From Eledone cirrhosa (Eukaryota): a stretch of DNA of 64,000 nucleotides. The position numbers and the translations under genes are program-made. Below, in pieces: positions 37,267-50,537 of this stretch. Every line of letters begins with the position of its first letter. Position 1 is the stretch's first letter. Below the pieces are notes generated by a model. It ran no database searches, was not told the DNA's origin, and worked only from the letters and a program-made list of their open reading frames with translations. The stretch spans positions 118,854,001 to 118,918,000 of the forward strand of contig OZ024741.1 of the NCBI GenBank assembly GCA_964016885.1. Direction: 5' to 3'.

Positions 37267-37832
37267 ATATATATATATATATATATTTCATTTATTCCAA
37301 TCAACTGATGTAGAGAGTGTACAGTAGACAGACTATTGTGTGTGGTTTCAGTTGAAACCAACCGTTTCGTTTCGTTCGTAATCATTATTGAACTTTCGAA
37401 GGTCAGTCGACAAACGGAGTAGAAAGGTCTTGGTGGAGATTGACTCGTAGCATTCAGCATACTGTATTTCATTATTGTATTTATTTATCGATCGACCGTC
37501 ACCTATCATAACCTTCTCGTATTTCTCATACGATGCTTTCACGTTCAACTATCCCGTATTTATCGTTCTTATTCACATTTATAATTCTTCTTCTTTTCTT
37601 CGCCGAGACCAGCTCTTTTCAACCGTAACCCAATTACAACGGTAGTGTTCTCCCATGGCTAAATATTCATCAAATCGTATATTGAATCGGTCAATCAATA
37701 TTATCAATGTTTGAAACGAAATGAAATTTACAGCCGACACTTATGCAGGTGATGTTGGCCTCCTACGAGGTTGTATCTCATTGGAGGTTTCTTATGTGTT
37801 TTAATCATAGTGGTCCTAGTCTTATCAGGAAA

Positions 37833-37948
37833 AGCAACGTGAAATGAAATGTCTTGCTCAAGAACACAACGCGCCGCCCGATCCAGGAACCGAACCCACG
37901 ATATTATGATTGTGAGACCAACACCCTTACCTCTAAGCCACGTGCCTT
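37833..37948 (-). mobile_element. CORE-SINE 5' fragment (tRNA head plus CORE)
   Basis: Minus strand has GGCACGTGGCTTAGAGGTAAGGG (A-box-like), GGTTCGGTTCC (B-box-like) and TGTGTTCTTGAGCAAGACATTTCA. Confidence 0.65.
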
Positions 37949-38277
37949 AACTTTATTAATGTTTTGTTTTAACAAAACAGAAAAAACGAAGTTTTCATTC
38001 AGTGAAAAAAGGGGCAACTTGTTATGTTCATGTCTCTCTTTTCTGTTTTAGTTTGAATACTTTCATTAACATATTTTTAATATTGAAAATAATTTGATGA
38101 TATAACTTTCTCATTGTTAAGCTAGTGTTTGGAATATAAGTTGACACTACTGTTTCCATATTTCTAATAAAAAGCACAAACCATGATTTTCAAATAAGTT
38201 TGAAAATCGTCAATAATTTGGAAGGATTTAGTAATATACCTAACCTTCTCAGTATACAGCTGGTGTTTTGAATAAAA

Positions 38278-38517
38278 CCCTTTCGTTACCATATTTCTAA
38301 TGGAAGCTATTGCCTATGATTTTCAAATAATTTTGAAAATAATCAAGAATTTGGATGGATTTACTTCTCGTTATTAAGCTAATGCTTGTAACATAACTTA
38401 ACAAATGTTCATACATAAAATTATAGTGGAAGGTTTTTAAATAAATATAAACACTAAAATAAATAACTAATATCGTAAAATCAAAGGAGATTTCAAGTGG
38501 TTTGATATCAAAAGTGT
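38278..38517. mobile_element. piggyBac-like MITE
   Basis: Imperfect termini CCCTTTCGTTACCA / TGATATCAAAAGTG followed by TTAA. Related internal segments occur at 38050-38270 and 35730-35840. Confidence 0.5.
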
Positions 38518-39019
38518 TAAAAGGTATCAATTCAGAAGCCTGACGTTTGTTTTACATGCTCAGCACTTGATTAATATTTTTTAGTTCCAATCAACAGTTG
38601 TCGATTCACGGCTGGCTCAAATTTCAATACGCTGTTAATACTGACTTATCTATATAGGTTGTACGGCTAAATGTCTACGCTGCAATTCACAACGCCAAAT
38701 ATTGCACTAAAGTGCTACCAAATTAACCTCATGAATGAAATATTTAGAGTACTGGAAATTGTAGGTCAGTCTCAAGTATTTGATTGGTTACCTCATTACT
38801 TGAGATCTTATCAAGCAACGCTGATAAGGATTTAAAAAAAAAATCACTACAGCCGTCACTCGCAATCGTGTATAACTTGGTAGTATGTAGCATGCTCTCG
38901 CTAAGGGTTTTAGGTGCCTGTGTAGTCACGAGCAGACACAGACACGCTCAATCCCCATTCCTCCACATTTGATGAAGTGGAATATCCATGATGTAGGAGT
39001 TGGAAGGAGAGATAGCTGC

Positions 39020-39238
39020 ACCCGTCCCTGGACTGCTACTTTCTCTATTGACTCTGAAAGGATGAAAGACATGTGGCCTTGGTGGGGCTTGAATCCAGAA
39101 CACATAGAGGCGAAACAAACATCCAATTGTTAAATAAATGACTCCCAAATCGGATGGCCTTCAATAAGAATATATAATTGATTCTAAATACTGCTAAGTA
39201 TTTCTCCGATGATCTAACGACTTTGCCAATCTGCCGCC
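39020..39238 (-). mobile_element. Degenerate Meta-domain SINE abutting the satellite
   Basis: GAAAGGATGAAAGAC at ~39056 and the head complement TTGCCAATCTGCCGCC ending at 39238. Confidence 0.5.
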
Positions 39239-39251
39239 GTTGGCATTATTC

Positions 39252-42200
39252 GTGTTGGTAGTGGTGTTGTTAGTGTTACTGGTAGTAGTGTTGGTGTTGG
39301 TGTTGGTAGTGGTGTTGTTAGTGTTACTGGTAGTGGTGTTGGTGTTGGTAGTGGTGTTGTTAGTGTTACTGGTAGTGGTGTTGGTGTTGGTAGTGTTACT
39401 GGTAGTGGTGTTGGTGTTGGTAGTGGTGTTGGTGTTGGCAGTGGTGTTGTTAGTGTTACTGGTAGTAGTGTTGGTGTTGGTGTTGGTAGTGGTGTTGTTA
39501 GTGTTACTGGTAGTAGTGTTGGTGTTGGTAGTGGTGTTGTTAGTGTTACTGGTAGTGGTGTTGGTGTTGGTAGTGGTGTTGGTGTTGGTAGTGGTGTTGT
39601 TAGTGTTACTGGTAGTGGTGTTGGTGTTGGTAGTGGTGTTGGTGTTGGTAGTGGTGTTGTTAGTGTTACTGGTAGTGGTGTTGGTGTTGGTGTTGTTAGT
39701 GTTACTGGTAGTGGTGTTGGTGTTGGTAGTGGTGTTGTTAGTGTTACTGGTAGTGGTGTTGGTGTTGGTAGTGGTGTTGTTAGTGTTACTGGTAGTGGTG
39801 TTGGTGTTGGTAGTGGTGTTGTTAGTGTTACTGGTAGTGGTGTTGGTGTTGGTAGTGGTGTTGGTGTTGGTAGTGGTGTTGTTAGTGTTACTGGTAGTGG
39901 TGTTGGTGTTGGTAGTGGTGTTGGTGTTGGTAGTGGTGTTGTTAGTGTTACTGGTAGTGGTGTTGGTGTTGGTAGTGGTGTTGTTAGTGTTACTGGTAGT
40001 GGTGTTGGTGTTGGTAGTGGTGTTGTTAGTGTTACTGGTAGTGGTGTTGGTGTTGGTAGTGGTGTTGTTAGTGTTACTGGTAGTGGTGTTGGTGTTGGTA
40101 GTGGTGTTGTTAGTGTTACTGGTAGTAGTGTTGGTGTTGGTAGTGGTGTTGTTAGTGTTACTGGTAGTGGTGTTGGTGTTGGTAGTGGTGTTGTTAGTGT
40201 TACTGGTAGTAGTGTTGGTGTTGGTAGTGGTGTTGTTAGTGTTACTGGTAGTGGTGTTGGTGTTGGTAGTGGTGTTGTTAGTGTTACTGGTAGTGGTGTT
40301 GGTGTTGGTAGTGGTGTTGTTAGTGTTACTGGTAGTGGTGTTGGTGTTGGTAGTGGTGTTGTTAGTGTTACTGGTAGTGGTGTTGGTGTTGGTGTTGGTA
40401 GTGGTGTTGTTAGTGTTACTGGTAGTGGTGTTGGTGTTGGTGTTGGTGTTGGTAGTGGTGTTGTTAGTGTTACTGGTAGTGGTGTTGGTGTTGGTGTTGG
40501 TAGTGGTGTTGTTAGTGTTACTGGTAGTGGTGTTGGTGTTGGTGTTGGTAGTGGTGTTGTTAGTGTTACTGGTTGTGGTGTTGGTGTTGGTGTTGGTGTT
40601 GTTAGTGTTACTGGTAGTGGTGTTGGTGTTGGTGTTGGTGTTGGTGTTGGTGTTGGTGTTGTTAGTGTTACTGGTAGTGGTGTTGGTGTTGGTGTTGGTG
40701 TTGTTAGTGTTACTGGTAGTGGTGTTGGTGTTGGTAGTTGTGTTGTTAGTGTTACTGGTAGTGGTGTTGGTGTTGGTAGTGGTGTTGTTAGTGTTACTGG
40801 TAGTGGTGTTGGTGTTGGTGTTGGTAGTGGTGTTGTTAGTGTTACTGGTTGTGGTGTTGGTGTTGGTGTTGGTGTTGTTAGTGTTACTGGTAGTGGTGTT
40901 GGTGTTGGTAGTGGTGTTGTTAGTGTTACTGGTAGTGGTGTTGGTGTTGGTGTTGGTAGTGGTGTTGTTAGTGTTACTGGTAGTGGTGTTGGTGTTGGTG
41001 TTGGTGTTGTTAGTGTTACTGGTAGTGGTGTTGGTGTTGGTGTTGGTGTTGTTAGTGTTACTGGTAGTGGTGTTGGTGTTGGTGTTGGTAGTGGTGTTGT
41101 TAGTGTTACTGGTAGTGGTGTTGGTGTTGGTAGTGGTGTTGTTAGTGTTACTGGTAGTGGTGTTGGTGTTGGTAGTGGTGTTGTTAGTGTTACTGGTTGT
41201 GGTGTTGGTGTTGGTGTTGGTGTTGTTAGTGTTACTGGTAGTGGTGTTGGTGTTGGTGTTGGTGTTGTTAGTGTTACTGGTAGTGGTGTTGGTGTTGGTG
41301 TTGGTGTTGTTAGTGTTACTGGTAGTGGTGTTGTTAGTGTTACTGGTAGTGGTGTTGGTGTTGGTGTTGGTAGTGGTGTTGTTAGTGTTACTGGTAGTGG
41401 TGTTGGTGTTGGTGGTGGTGTTGTAGTGTTACTGGTAGTGGTGTTGTTAGTGTTACTGGTAGTGGTGTTGGTGTTGGTGTTGGTAGTGGTGTTGTTAGTG
41501 TTACTGGTAGTGGTGTTGGTGTTGGTGTTGGTGTTGTTAGTGTTACTGGTAGTGGTGTTGGTGTTGGTGTTGGTGTTGTTAGTGTTACTGGTAGTGGTGT
41601 TGGTGTTGGTAGTTGGTGTTGTTAGTGTTACTGGTAGTGGTGTTGGTGTTGGTAGTGGTGTTGTTAGTGTTACTGGTAGTGGTGTTGGTGTTGGTAGTGG
41701 TGTTGTTAGTGTTACTGGTAGTGGTGTTGGTGTTGGTGTTGGTGTTGTTAGTGTTACTGGTAGTGGTGTTGGTGTTGGTGTTGGTGTTGTTAGTGTTACT
41801 GGTAGTGGTGTTGGTAGTGGTGTTGGTGTTGTTAGTGTTACTGGTAGTGGTGTTGGTGTTGGTGTGGTGTTGTTAGTGTTACTGGTAGTGGTGTTGGTGT
41901 TGTGTTGGTAGTGGTGTTGTTAGTGTTACTGGTTGTGGTGTTGGTGTTGGTGTTGGTGTTGGTGTTGTTAGTGTTACTGGTAGTGGTGTTGGTGTTGGTG
42001 TTGGTAGTGGTGTTGTTAGTGTTACTGGTAGTGGTGTTGGTGTTGGTGTTGGTGTTGTTAGTGTTACTGGTTGTGGTGTTGGTGTTGGTGTTGGTGTTGG
42101 TGTTGTTAGTGTTACTGGTAGTGGTGTTGGTGTTGGTAGTGGTGTTGTTAGTGTTACTGGTAGTGGTGTTGGTGTTGGTAGTGGTGTTGTTAGTGTTACT

Positions 42201-45200
42201 GGTTGTGGTGTTGGTGTTGGTGTTGGTGTTGTTAGTGTTACTGGTAGTGGTGTTGGTGTTGGTGTGGTGTTGGTGTTGTTAGTGTTACTGGTAGTGGTGT
42301 TGGTGTTGGTGTTGTGTTGTTAGTGTTACTGGTAGTGGTGTTGGTGTTGGTGTTGGTAGTGGTGTTGTTAGTGTTACTGGTTGTGGTGTTGGTGTTGGTG
42401 TTGGTGTTGGTGTTAGTTAGTGTTGGTTGTGGTGTTGGTGTTGTAGTGTGTTGTTAGTGTTACTGGTTGTGGTGTTGGTGTTGGTGTTGGTGTTGTTAGT
42501 GTTACTGGTAGTGGTGTTGGTGTTGGTGTTGGTGTTGGTGTTGTTAGTGTTACTGGTAGTGGTGTTGGTGTTGGTGTTGGTAGTGGTGTTGTTAGTGTTA
42601 CTGGTAGTGGTGTTGGTGTTGGTGTTGGTGTTGTTAGTGTTACTGGTAGTGGTGTTGGTGTTGGTGTTGGTGTTGTTAGTGTTACTGGTAGTGGTGTTGG
42701 TGTTGGTAGTTGTATTGTTAGTGTTACTGGTAGTGGTGTTGGTGTTGGTAGTGGTGTTGTTAGTGTTACTGGTTGTGGTGTTGGTGTTGGTGTTGGTGTT
42801 GTTAGTGTTACTGGTAGTGGTGTTGGTGTTGGTAGTGGTGTTGTTAGTGTTACTGGTTGTGGTGTTGGTGTTGGTGTTGGTGTTGTTAGTGTTACTGGTA
42901 GTGGTGTTGGTGTTGGTGTTGGTGTTGTTAGTGTTACTGGTAGTGGTGTTGGTGTTGGTGTTGGTGTTGGTGTTGTTAGTGTTACTGGTAGTGGTGTTGG
43001 TGTTGGTGTTCGGTGTTGTTAGTGTTACTGGTAGTGGTGTTGGTGTTGGTGTTGGTGTTGTGTTGTTAGTGTTACTGGTAGTGGTGTTGGTGTTGGTGTT
43101 GGTGGTGTTGTTAGTGTTACTGGTAGTGGTGTTGTGTTGGTGTTGGTGTTGGTGTTGTTAGTGTTACTGGTAGTGGTGTTGGTGTTGGTGTTGGTGTTGG
43201 TGTTGTTAGTGTTACTGGTAGTGGTGTTGGTGTTGGTGTTGGTGTTGTTAGTGTTACTGGTAGTGGTGTTGGTGTTGGTGTTGGTGTTGGTGTTGTTAGT
43301 GTTACTGGTTGTGGTGTTGGTGTTGGTGTTGGTGTTGTTAGTGTTACTGGTAGTGGTGTTGGTGTTGGTAGTGGTGTTGTTAGTGTTACTGGTAGTGGTG
43401 TTGGTGTTGGTGTTGGTGTTGTTAGTGTTACTGGTAGTGGTGTTGGTGTTGGTGTTGTTAGTGTTTCTGGTAGTGGTGTTGGTGTTGGTAGTGGTGTTGT
43501 TAGTGTTACTGGTAGTGGTGTTGGTGTTGGTAGTGGTGTTGTTAGTGTTACTGTTGTTGTTGTTGGTGTTAGTGGTGTTGGTGTTGTTAGTGTTTCTGGT
43601 AGTGGTGTTGATGTTGGTAGTGGTGTTGTTAGTGTTACTGTTGTTGTGTTGGTGTTAGTGGTGTTGGTGTTGTTAGTGTTACTGGTAGTGGTGTTGGTGT
43701 TGGTGTTGGTGTTGTTAGTGTTACTGGTGTGTTACTGTTGTTGTTGTTGGTGTTAGTGGTGTTGGTGTTGTTAGTGTTTCTGGTAGTGGTGTTGGTGTTG
43801 GTAGTGGTGTTGTTAGTGTTACTGTTGTTGTTGTTGGTGTTAGTGGTGTTGGTGTTGTTAGTGTTACTGGTAGTGGTGTTGGTGTTGGTAGTGGTGTTGT
43901 TAGTGTTACTGTTGTTGTTGTTGGTGTTAGTGGTGTTGGTGTTGTTAGTGTTACTGGTAGTGGTGTTGGTGTTGGTGTTGGTGTTGTTAGTGTTACTGGT
44001 AGTGGTGTTGGTGTTGGTAGTGGTGTTGTTAGTGTTACTGGTAGTGGTGTTGGTGTTGGTGTTGGTGTTGGTGTTGTTAGTGTTACTGGTAGTGGTGTTG
44101 GTGTTGGTAGTGGTGTTGTTAGTGTTACTGTTGTTGTTGTTGGTGTTAGTGGTGTTGGTGTTGTTAGTGTTTCTGGTAGTGGTGTTGGTGTTGGTAGTGG
44201 TGTTGTTAGTGTTACTGGTAGTGGTGTTGGTGTTGATAGTGGTGTTGTTAGTGTTACTGTTGTTGTTGTTGGTGTTAGTGGTGTTGGTGTTGTTAGTGTT
44301 ACTGGTAGTGGTGTTGGTGTTGGTAGTGGTGTTGGTGTTGGCAGTGGTGTTGTTAGTGTTACTGGTAGTGGTGTTGTTAGTGTTACTGTTGTTGTTGTTG
44401 GTGTTAGTGGTGTTGGTGTTGTTAGTGTTACTGGTAGTGGTGTTGGTGTTGGTAGTGGTGTTGTTAGTGTTACTGGTAGTGGTGTTGGTGTTGGTAGTGG
44501 TGTTGTTAGTGGTACTGGTATTGGTGTTGGTAGTGGTGTTGTTAGTGTTACTGTTGTTGTTGTTGGTGTTAGTGGTGTTGGTGTTGTTAGTGTTACTGGT
44601 AGTGGTGTTGGTGTTGGTGTTGGTGTTGTTAGTGTTACTGGTAGTGGTGTTGGTGTTGGTAGTGGTGTTGTTAGTGTTACTGGTAGTGGTGTTGGTGTTG
44701 GTAGTGGTGTTGTTAGTGTTACTGTTGTTGTTGTTGGTGTTAGTGGTGTTGGTGTTGTTAGTGTTACTGGTAGTGGTGTTGGTAGTGGTGTTGTTAGTGT
44801 TACTGGTAGTGGTGTTGGTGTTGGCAGTGGTGTTGTTAGTGTTACTGGTAGTGGTGTTGGTGTTGGAAGTGGTGTTGTTAGTGTTACTGGTAGTGGTGTT
44901 GGTGTTGGTGTTGGTGTTGGTGTTGTTAGTGTTACTGGTAGTGTTGTTGGTGTTGGTAGTGGTGTTGTTAGTGTTACTGGTAGTGGTGTTGGTGTTGGTA
45001 GTGGTGTTGTTAGTGTTACTGGTAGTGGTGTTGGTGTTGGTGTTGGTGTTGTTAGTGTTACTGGTAGTGGTGTTGGTCTTGGTAGTGGTGTTGTTAGTGT
45101 TACTGGTAGTGGTGTTGGTGTTGGTAGTGGTGTTGTTAGTGTTACTGGTGGTGGTGTTGGTGTTGGTGTTGGTGTTGTTAGTGTTACTGGTAGTGGTGTT

Positions 45201-46675
45201 GGTGTTGGTGTTGGTGTTGTTAGTGTTACTGGTAGTGGTGTTGGTGTTGGTGTTGTTAGTGTTACTGGTAGTGGTGTTGGTGTTGGCAGTGGTGTTGTTA
45301 GTGTTACTGGTAGTGGTGTTGGTGTTGGTGTTGTTAGTGTTACTGGTAGTGGTGTTGGTAGTGGTGTTGTGAGTGTTACTGGTAGTGGTGTTGGTGTTGG
45401 TAGTGGTGTTGTTAGTGTTACTGGTAGTGGTGTTGGTGTTGGTGTTGGTGTTGTTAGTGTTACTGGTAGTGGTGTTGGTGTAGGTGTTGTTAGTGTTACT
45501 GGTAGTGGTGTTGGTGTTGGCAGTGGTGTTGGTGTTGGCAGTGGTGTTGTTAGTGCTACTGGTAGTGGTGTTGGTGTTGGTGTTGTTAGTGTTACTGGTA
45601 GTGGTGTTGGTGTTGGCAGTGGTGTTGTTAGTGTTACTGGTAGTGGTGTTGGTGTTGGTAGTGGTGTTGTTAGTGTTACTGGTAGTGGTGTTGGTGTTGG
45701 TGTTGGTGTTGTTAGTGTTACTGGTAGTGGTGTTGGTGTTGGCAGTGGTGTTGTTAGTGTTACTGGTAGTGGTGTTGGTGTTGGTGTTATTAGTGTTACT
45801 GGTAGTGGTGTTGGTGTTGGCAGTGGTGTTGTTAGTGTTACTGGTAGTGGTGTTGGTGTTGGCAGTGGTGTTGTTAGTGTTACTGGTAGTGGTGTTGGTG
45901 TTGGCAGTGGTGTTGTTAGTGTTACTGGTAGTGGTGTTGGTGTTGGTGTTGGTGTTGTTAGTGTTACTGGTAGTGGTGTTGGTGTTGGTAGTGGTGTTGT
46001 TAGTGTTACTGGTAGTGGTGTTGGTGTTGGTGTTGGTGTTGTTAGTGTTACTGGTAGTGGTGTTGGTAGTGGTGTTGGTGTTGGTGTTGGTAGTGGTGTT
46101 GTTAGTGTTACTGGTAGTGGTGTTGGTGTTGGTAGTGGTGTTGTTAGTGTTACTGGTAGTGGTGTTGGTGTTGGTAGTGGTGTTGTTAGTGTTACTGGTA
46201 GTGGTGTTGGTGTTGGTAGTGGTGTTGGTGTTGGTAGTAGTGTTGGTGTTGGCAGTGGTGTTGTTAGTGTTACTGGTTGTGGTGTTGGTGTTGGTGTTGG
46301 TAGTGGTGTTGTTAGTGTTACTGGTAGTGGTGTTGGTGTTGGTAGTGGTGTTGTTAGTGTTACTGGTTGTGGTGTTGGTGTTGGTAGTGGTGTTGGTGTT
46401 GGTAGTGGTGTTGTTAGTGTTACTGGTAGTGGTGTTGGTGTTGGTAGTGGTGTTGTTAGTGTTACTGGTTGTGGTGTTGGTGTTGGTAGTGGTGTTGTTA
46501 GTGTTACTGGTAGTGGTGTTGGTGTTGGTAGTGGTGTTGTTAGTGTTACTGGTAGTGGTGTTGGTGTTGGTAGTGGTGTTGTTAGTGTTACTGGTAGTGG
46601 TGTTGTTGTTGGTGTTGGTAGTGGTGTTGTTAGTGTTACTGGTAGTGGTATTGGTGTTGGTGTTGGTGTTGGTGT
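39252..46675. repeat. GT-rich minisatellite, ~42-bp unit with 6-bp length variants
   Basis: GGTAGTGGTGTTGTTAGTGTTACTGGTAGTGGTGTTGGTGTT repeated in tandem. Confidence 0.96.
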
Positions 46676-49600
46676 TGTTAGTCTTACTGGTAGTGGTTTT
46701 GGTGTTGTTGGTGTTAGTAGTGGTATTGTTAGTCTTACTGGTAGTGGTGTTGGTGTTGTTGGTGTTAGTAGTGGTATTGTTAGTCTTACTGGTAGTGGTG
46801 TTGGTGTTGTTGGTGTTAGTAGTGGTATTGTTAGTCTTACTGGTAGTGGTATTGTTAGTCTTACTGGTAGTGGTGTTGGTGTTGTTGGTGTTAGTAGTGG
46901 TATTGTTAGTCTTACTGGTAGTGGTGTTGTTGGTGTTAGTAGTGGTATTGTTAGTCTTACTGGTAGTGGTCTTGGTGTTGTTGGTGTTAGTAATGGTATT
47001 GTTAGTGTTACTGGTAGTGGTGTTGGTGCTGCTGGTGTTAGTAATGGTATTGTTAGTCTTACTGGTAGTGGTGTTGGTGTTGTTGGTGTTAGTAATGGTA
47101 TTGTTAGTGTTACTGGTAGTGGTGTTGGTGCTGTTGGTGTTAGTAGTGGTATTGTTAGTCTTACTGGTAGTGGTGTTGGTGCTGCTGGTGTTAGTAATGG
47201 TATTGTTAGTGTTACTGGTAGTGGTGTTGGTGTTGTTGGTGTTAGTAATGGTATTGTTAGTGTTACTGGTAGTGGTGTTGGTGTTGTTGGTGTTAGTAAT
47301 GGTATTGTTAGTCTTACTGGTAGTGGTGTTGGTGTTGTTGGTGTTAGTAGTGGTATTGTTAGTGTTACTGGTAGTGGTGTTGGTGTTGTTGGTGTTAGTA
47401 ATGGTATTGTTAGTCTTACTGGTAGTGGTGTTGGTGCTGTTGGTGTTAGTAGTGGTATTGTTAGTCTTACTGGTAGTGGTGTTGGTGTTGTTGGTGTTAG
47501 TAATGGTATTGTTAGTCTTACTGGTAGTGGTGTTGGTGTTGTTGGTGTTAGTAGTGGTATTGTTAGTGTTACTGGTAGTGGTGTTGGTGTTGTTGGTGTT
47601 AGTAATGGTATTGTTAGTCTTACTGGTAGTGGTGTTGGTGCTGTTGGTGTTAGTAGTGGTATTGTTAGTCTTACTGGTAGTGGTGTTGGTGTTGTTGGTG
47701 TTAGTAATGGTATTGTTAGTCTTACTGGTAGTGGTGTTGGTGTTGTTGGTGTTAGTAGTGGTATTGTTAGTGTTACTGGTAGTGGTGTTGGTGTTGTTGG
47801 TGTTAGTAATGGTATTGTTAGTCTTACTGGTAGTGGTGTTGGTGTTGTTGGTGTTAGTAATGGTATTGTTAGTCTTACTGGTAGTGATGTTGGTGCTGTT
47901 GGTGTTAGTAATGGTATTGTTAGTCTTACTGGTAGTGGTCTTGGTGTTGTTGGTGTTAGTAGTGGTATTGTTAGTCTTACTGGTAGTGGTGTTGGTGCTG
48001 TTGGTGTTAGTAATGGTATTGTTAGTCTTACTGGTAGTGGTCTTGGTGTTGTTGGTGTTAGTAGTGGTATTGTTAGTCTTACTGGTAGTGGTGTTGGTGC
48101 TGTTGGTGTTAGTAATGGTATTGTTAGTGTTACTGGTAGTGGTGTTGGTGTTGTTGGTGTTAGTAATGGTATTGTTAGTGTTACTGGTAGTGGTGTTGGT
48201 GTTGTTGGTGTTAGTAATGGTATTGTTAGTGTTACTGGTAGTGGTGTTGGTGTTGTTGGTGTTAGTAATGGTATTGTTAGTGTTACTGGTAGTGGTGTTG
48301 GTGCTGTTGGTGTTAGTAGTGGTATTGTTAGTGTTACTGGTAGTGGTGTTGGTGCTGTTGGTGTTAGTAGTGGTATTGTTAGTGTTACTGGTAGTGGTGT
48401 TGGTGCTGTTGGTGTTAGTAATGGTATTGTTAGTGTTACTGGTAGTGGTGTTGGTGCTGTTGGTGTTAGTAGTGGTATTGTTAGTGTTACTGGTAGTGGT
48501 GTTGGTGTTGTTGGTGTTAGTAATGGTATTGTTAGTGTTACTGGTAGTGGTGTTGGTGCTGTTGGTGTTAGTAATGGTATTGTTAGTCTTATTGGTAGTG
48601 GTGTTGGTGTTGTTGGTGTTAGTAGTGGTATTGTTAGTGTTACTGGTAGTGGTGTTGGTGTTGTTGCTGTTAGTAGTGGTATTGTTAGTCTTACTGGTAG
48701 TGGTGTTGGTGTTGTTGGTGTTAGTAGTGGTATTGTTAGTGTTACTGGTAGTGGTGTTGGTGTTGTTGGTGTTAGTGGTGGTATTGTTAGTGTTACTGGT
48801 AGTGGTGTTGGTGTTGTTGGTGTTAGTAGTGGTATTGTTAGTGTTACTGGTAGTGGTGTTGGTGTTGTTGGTGTTAGTAGTGGTATTGTTAGTCTTACTG
48901 GTAGTGGTGTTGGTGTTGTTGGTGTTAGTAATGGTATTGTTAGTGTTACTGGTAGTGGTGTTGGTGCTGTTGGTGTTAGTAATGGTATTGTTAGTGTTAC
49001 TGGTAGTGGTGTTGGTGTTGTTGGTGTTAGTGGTGGTATTGTTAGTCTTACTGGTAGTGGTGTTGGTGTTGTTGGTGTTAGTAGTGGTATTGTTAGTGTT
49101 ACTGGTAGTGGTGTTGGTGTTGTTGGTGTTAGTAGTGGTATTGTTAGTCTTACTGGTAGTGGTGTTGGTGTTGTTGCTGTTAGTAGTGGTATTGTTAGTC
49201 TTACTGGTAGTGGTGTTGGTGTTGTTGGTGTTAGTAGTGGTATTGTTAGTGTTACTGGTAGTGGTGTTGGTGTTGTTGGTGTTAGTAGTGGTATTGTTAG
49301 TCTTACTGGTAGTGGTGTTGGTGTTGTTGGTGTTAGTAGTGGTATTGTTAGTGTTACTGGTAGTGGTGTTGGTGTTGTTGGTGTTAGTGGTGGTATTGTT
49401 AGTCTTACTGGTAGTGGTGTTGGTGTTGTTGCTGTTAGTAGTGGTATTGTTAGTCTTACTGGTAGTGGTGTTGGTGTTGTTGGTGTTAGTAGTGGTATTG
49501 TTAGTGTTACTGGTAGTGGTGTTGGTGTTGTTGGTGTTAGTAGTGGTATTGTTAGTCTTACTGGTAGTGGTGTTGGTGTTGTTGCTGTTAGTAGTGGTAT

Positions 49601-50537
49601 TGTTAGTCTTACTGGTAGTGGTGTTGGTGTTGTTGGTGTTAGTAGTGGTATTGTTAGTGTTACTGGTAGTGGTGTTGGTGTTGTTGGTGTTAGTAGTGGT
49701 ATTGTTAGTGTTACTGGTAGTGGTGTTGGTGTTGTTGGTGTTAGTAATGGTATTGTTAGTGTTACTGGTAGTGGTGTTGGTGTTGTTGGTGTTAGTGGTG
49801 GTATTGTTAGTGTTACTGGTAGTGGTGTTGGTGTTGTTGGTGTTAGTAATGGTATTGTTAGTGTTACTGGTAGTGGTGTTGGTGTTGTTGGTGTTAGTAA
49901 TGGTATTGTTAGTGTTACTGGTAGTGGTGTTGGTGTTGTTGGTGTTAGTAGTGGTATTGTTAGTCTTACTGGTAGTGGTGTTGGTGCTGTTGGTGTTAGT
50001 AATGGTATTGTTAGTCTTACTGGTAGTGGTGTTGGTGTTGTTGGTGTTAGTAATGGTATTGTTAGTCTTACTGGTAGTGGTGTTGGTGTTAGTAATGGTA
50101 TTGTTAGTCTTACTGGTTGTGGTGTTGGTGTTAGTAATGGTATTGTTAGTCTTACTGGTAGTGGTGTTGTTGGTGTTAGTAGTGGTATTGTTAGTGTTAC
50201 TGGTAGTGGTGTTGGTGTTGTTGGTGTTAGTAGTGGTATTGTTAGTCTTACTGGTAGTGGTGTTGGTGTTGTTGGTGTTAGTAATGGTATTGTTAGTGTT
50301 ACTGGTAGTGGTGTTGGTGTTGTTGGTGTTAGTAATGGTATTGTTAGTCTTACTGGTAGTGGTGTTGGTGCTGTTGGTGTTAGTGGTGGTATTGTTAGTC
50401 TTACTGGTAGTGGTGTTGGTGTTGTTGGTGTTAGTAATGGTATTGTTAGTCTTACTGGTAGTGGTGTTGGTGCTGTTGGTGTTAGTAATGGTATTGTTAG
50501 TCTTACTGGTAGTGGTGTTGGTGTTGTTGGTGTTGTG
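46676..50537. repeat. GT-rich minisatellite, 51-bp unit related to the 42-bp unit
   Basis: GGTAGTGGTGTTGGTGTTGTTGGTGTTAGTARTGGTATTGTTAGTSTTACT repeated in tandem. Confidence 0.96.

Noticed and set aside
38655-38730. Cys-rich micro-exon (CTAKCLRC) after a possible TAG acceptor
   Set aside because: An in-frame stop follows within 20 codons, with no suitable donor site or other support.
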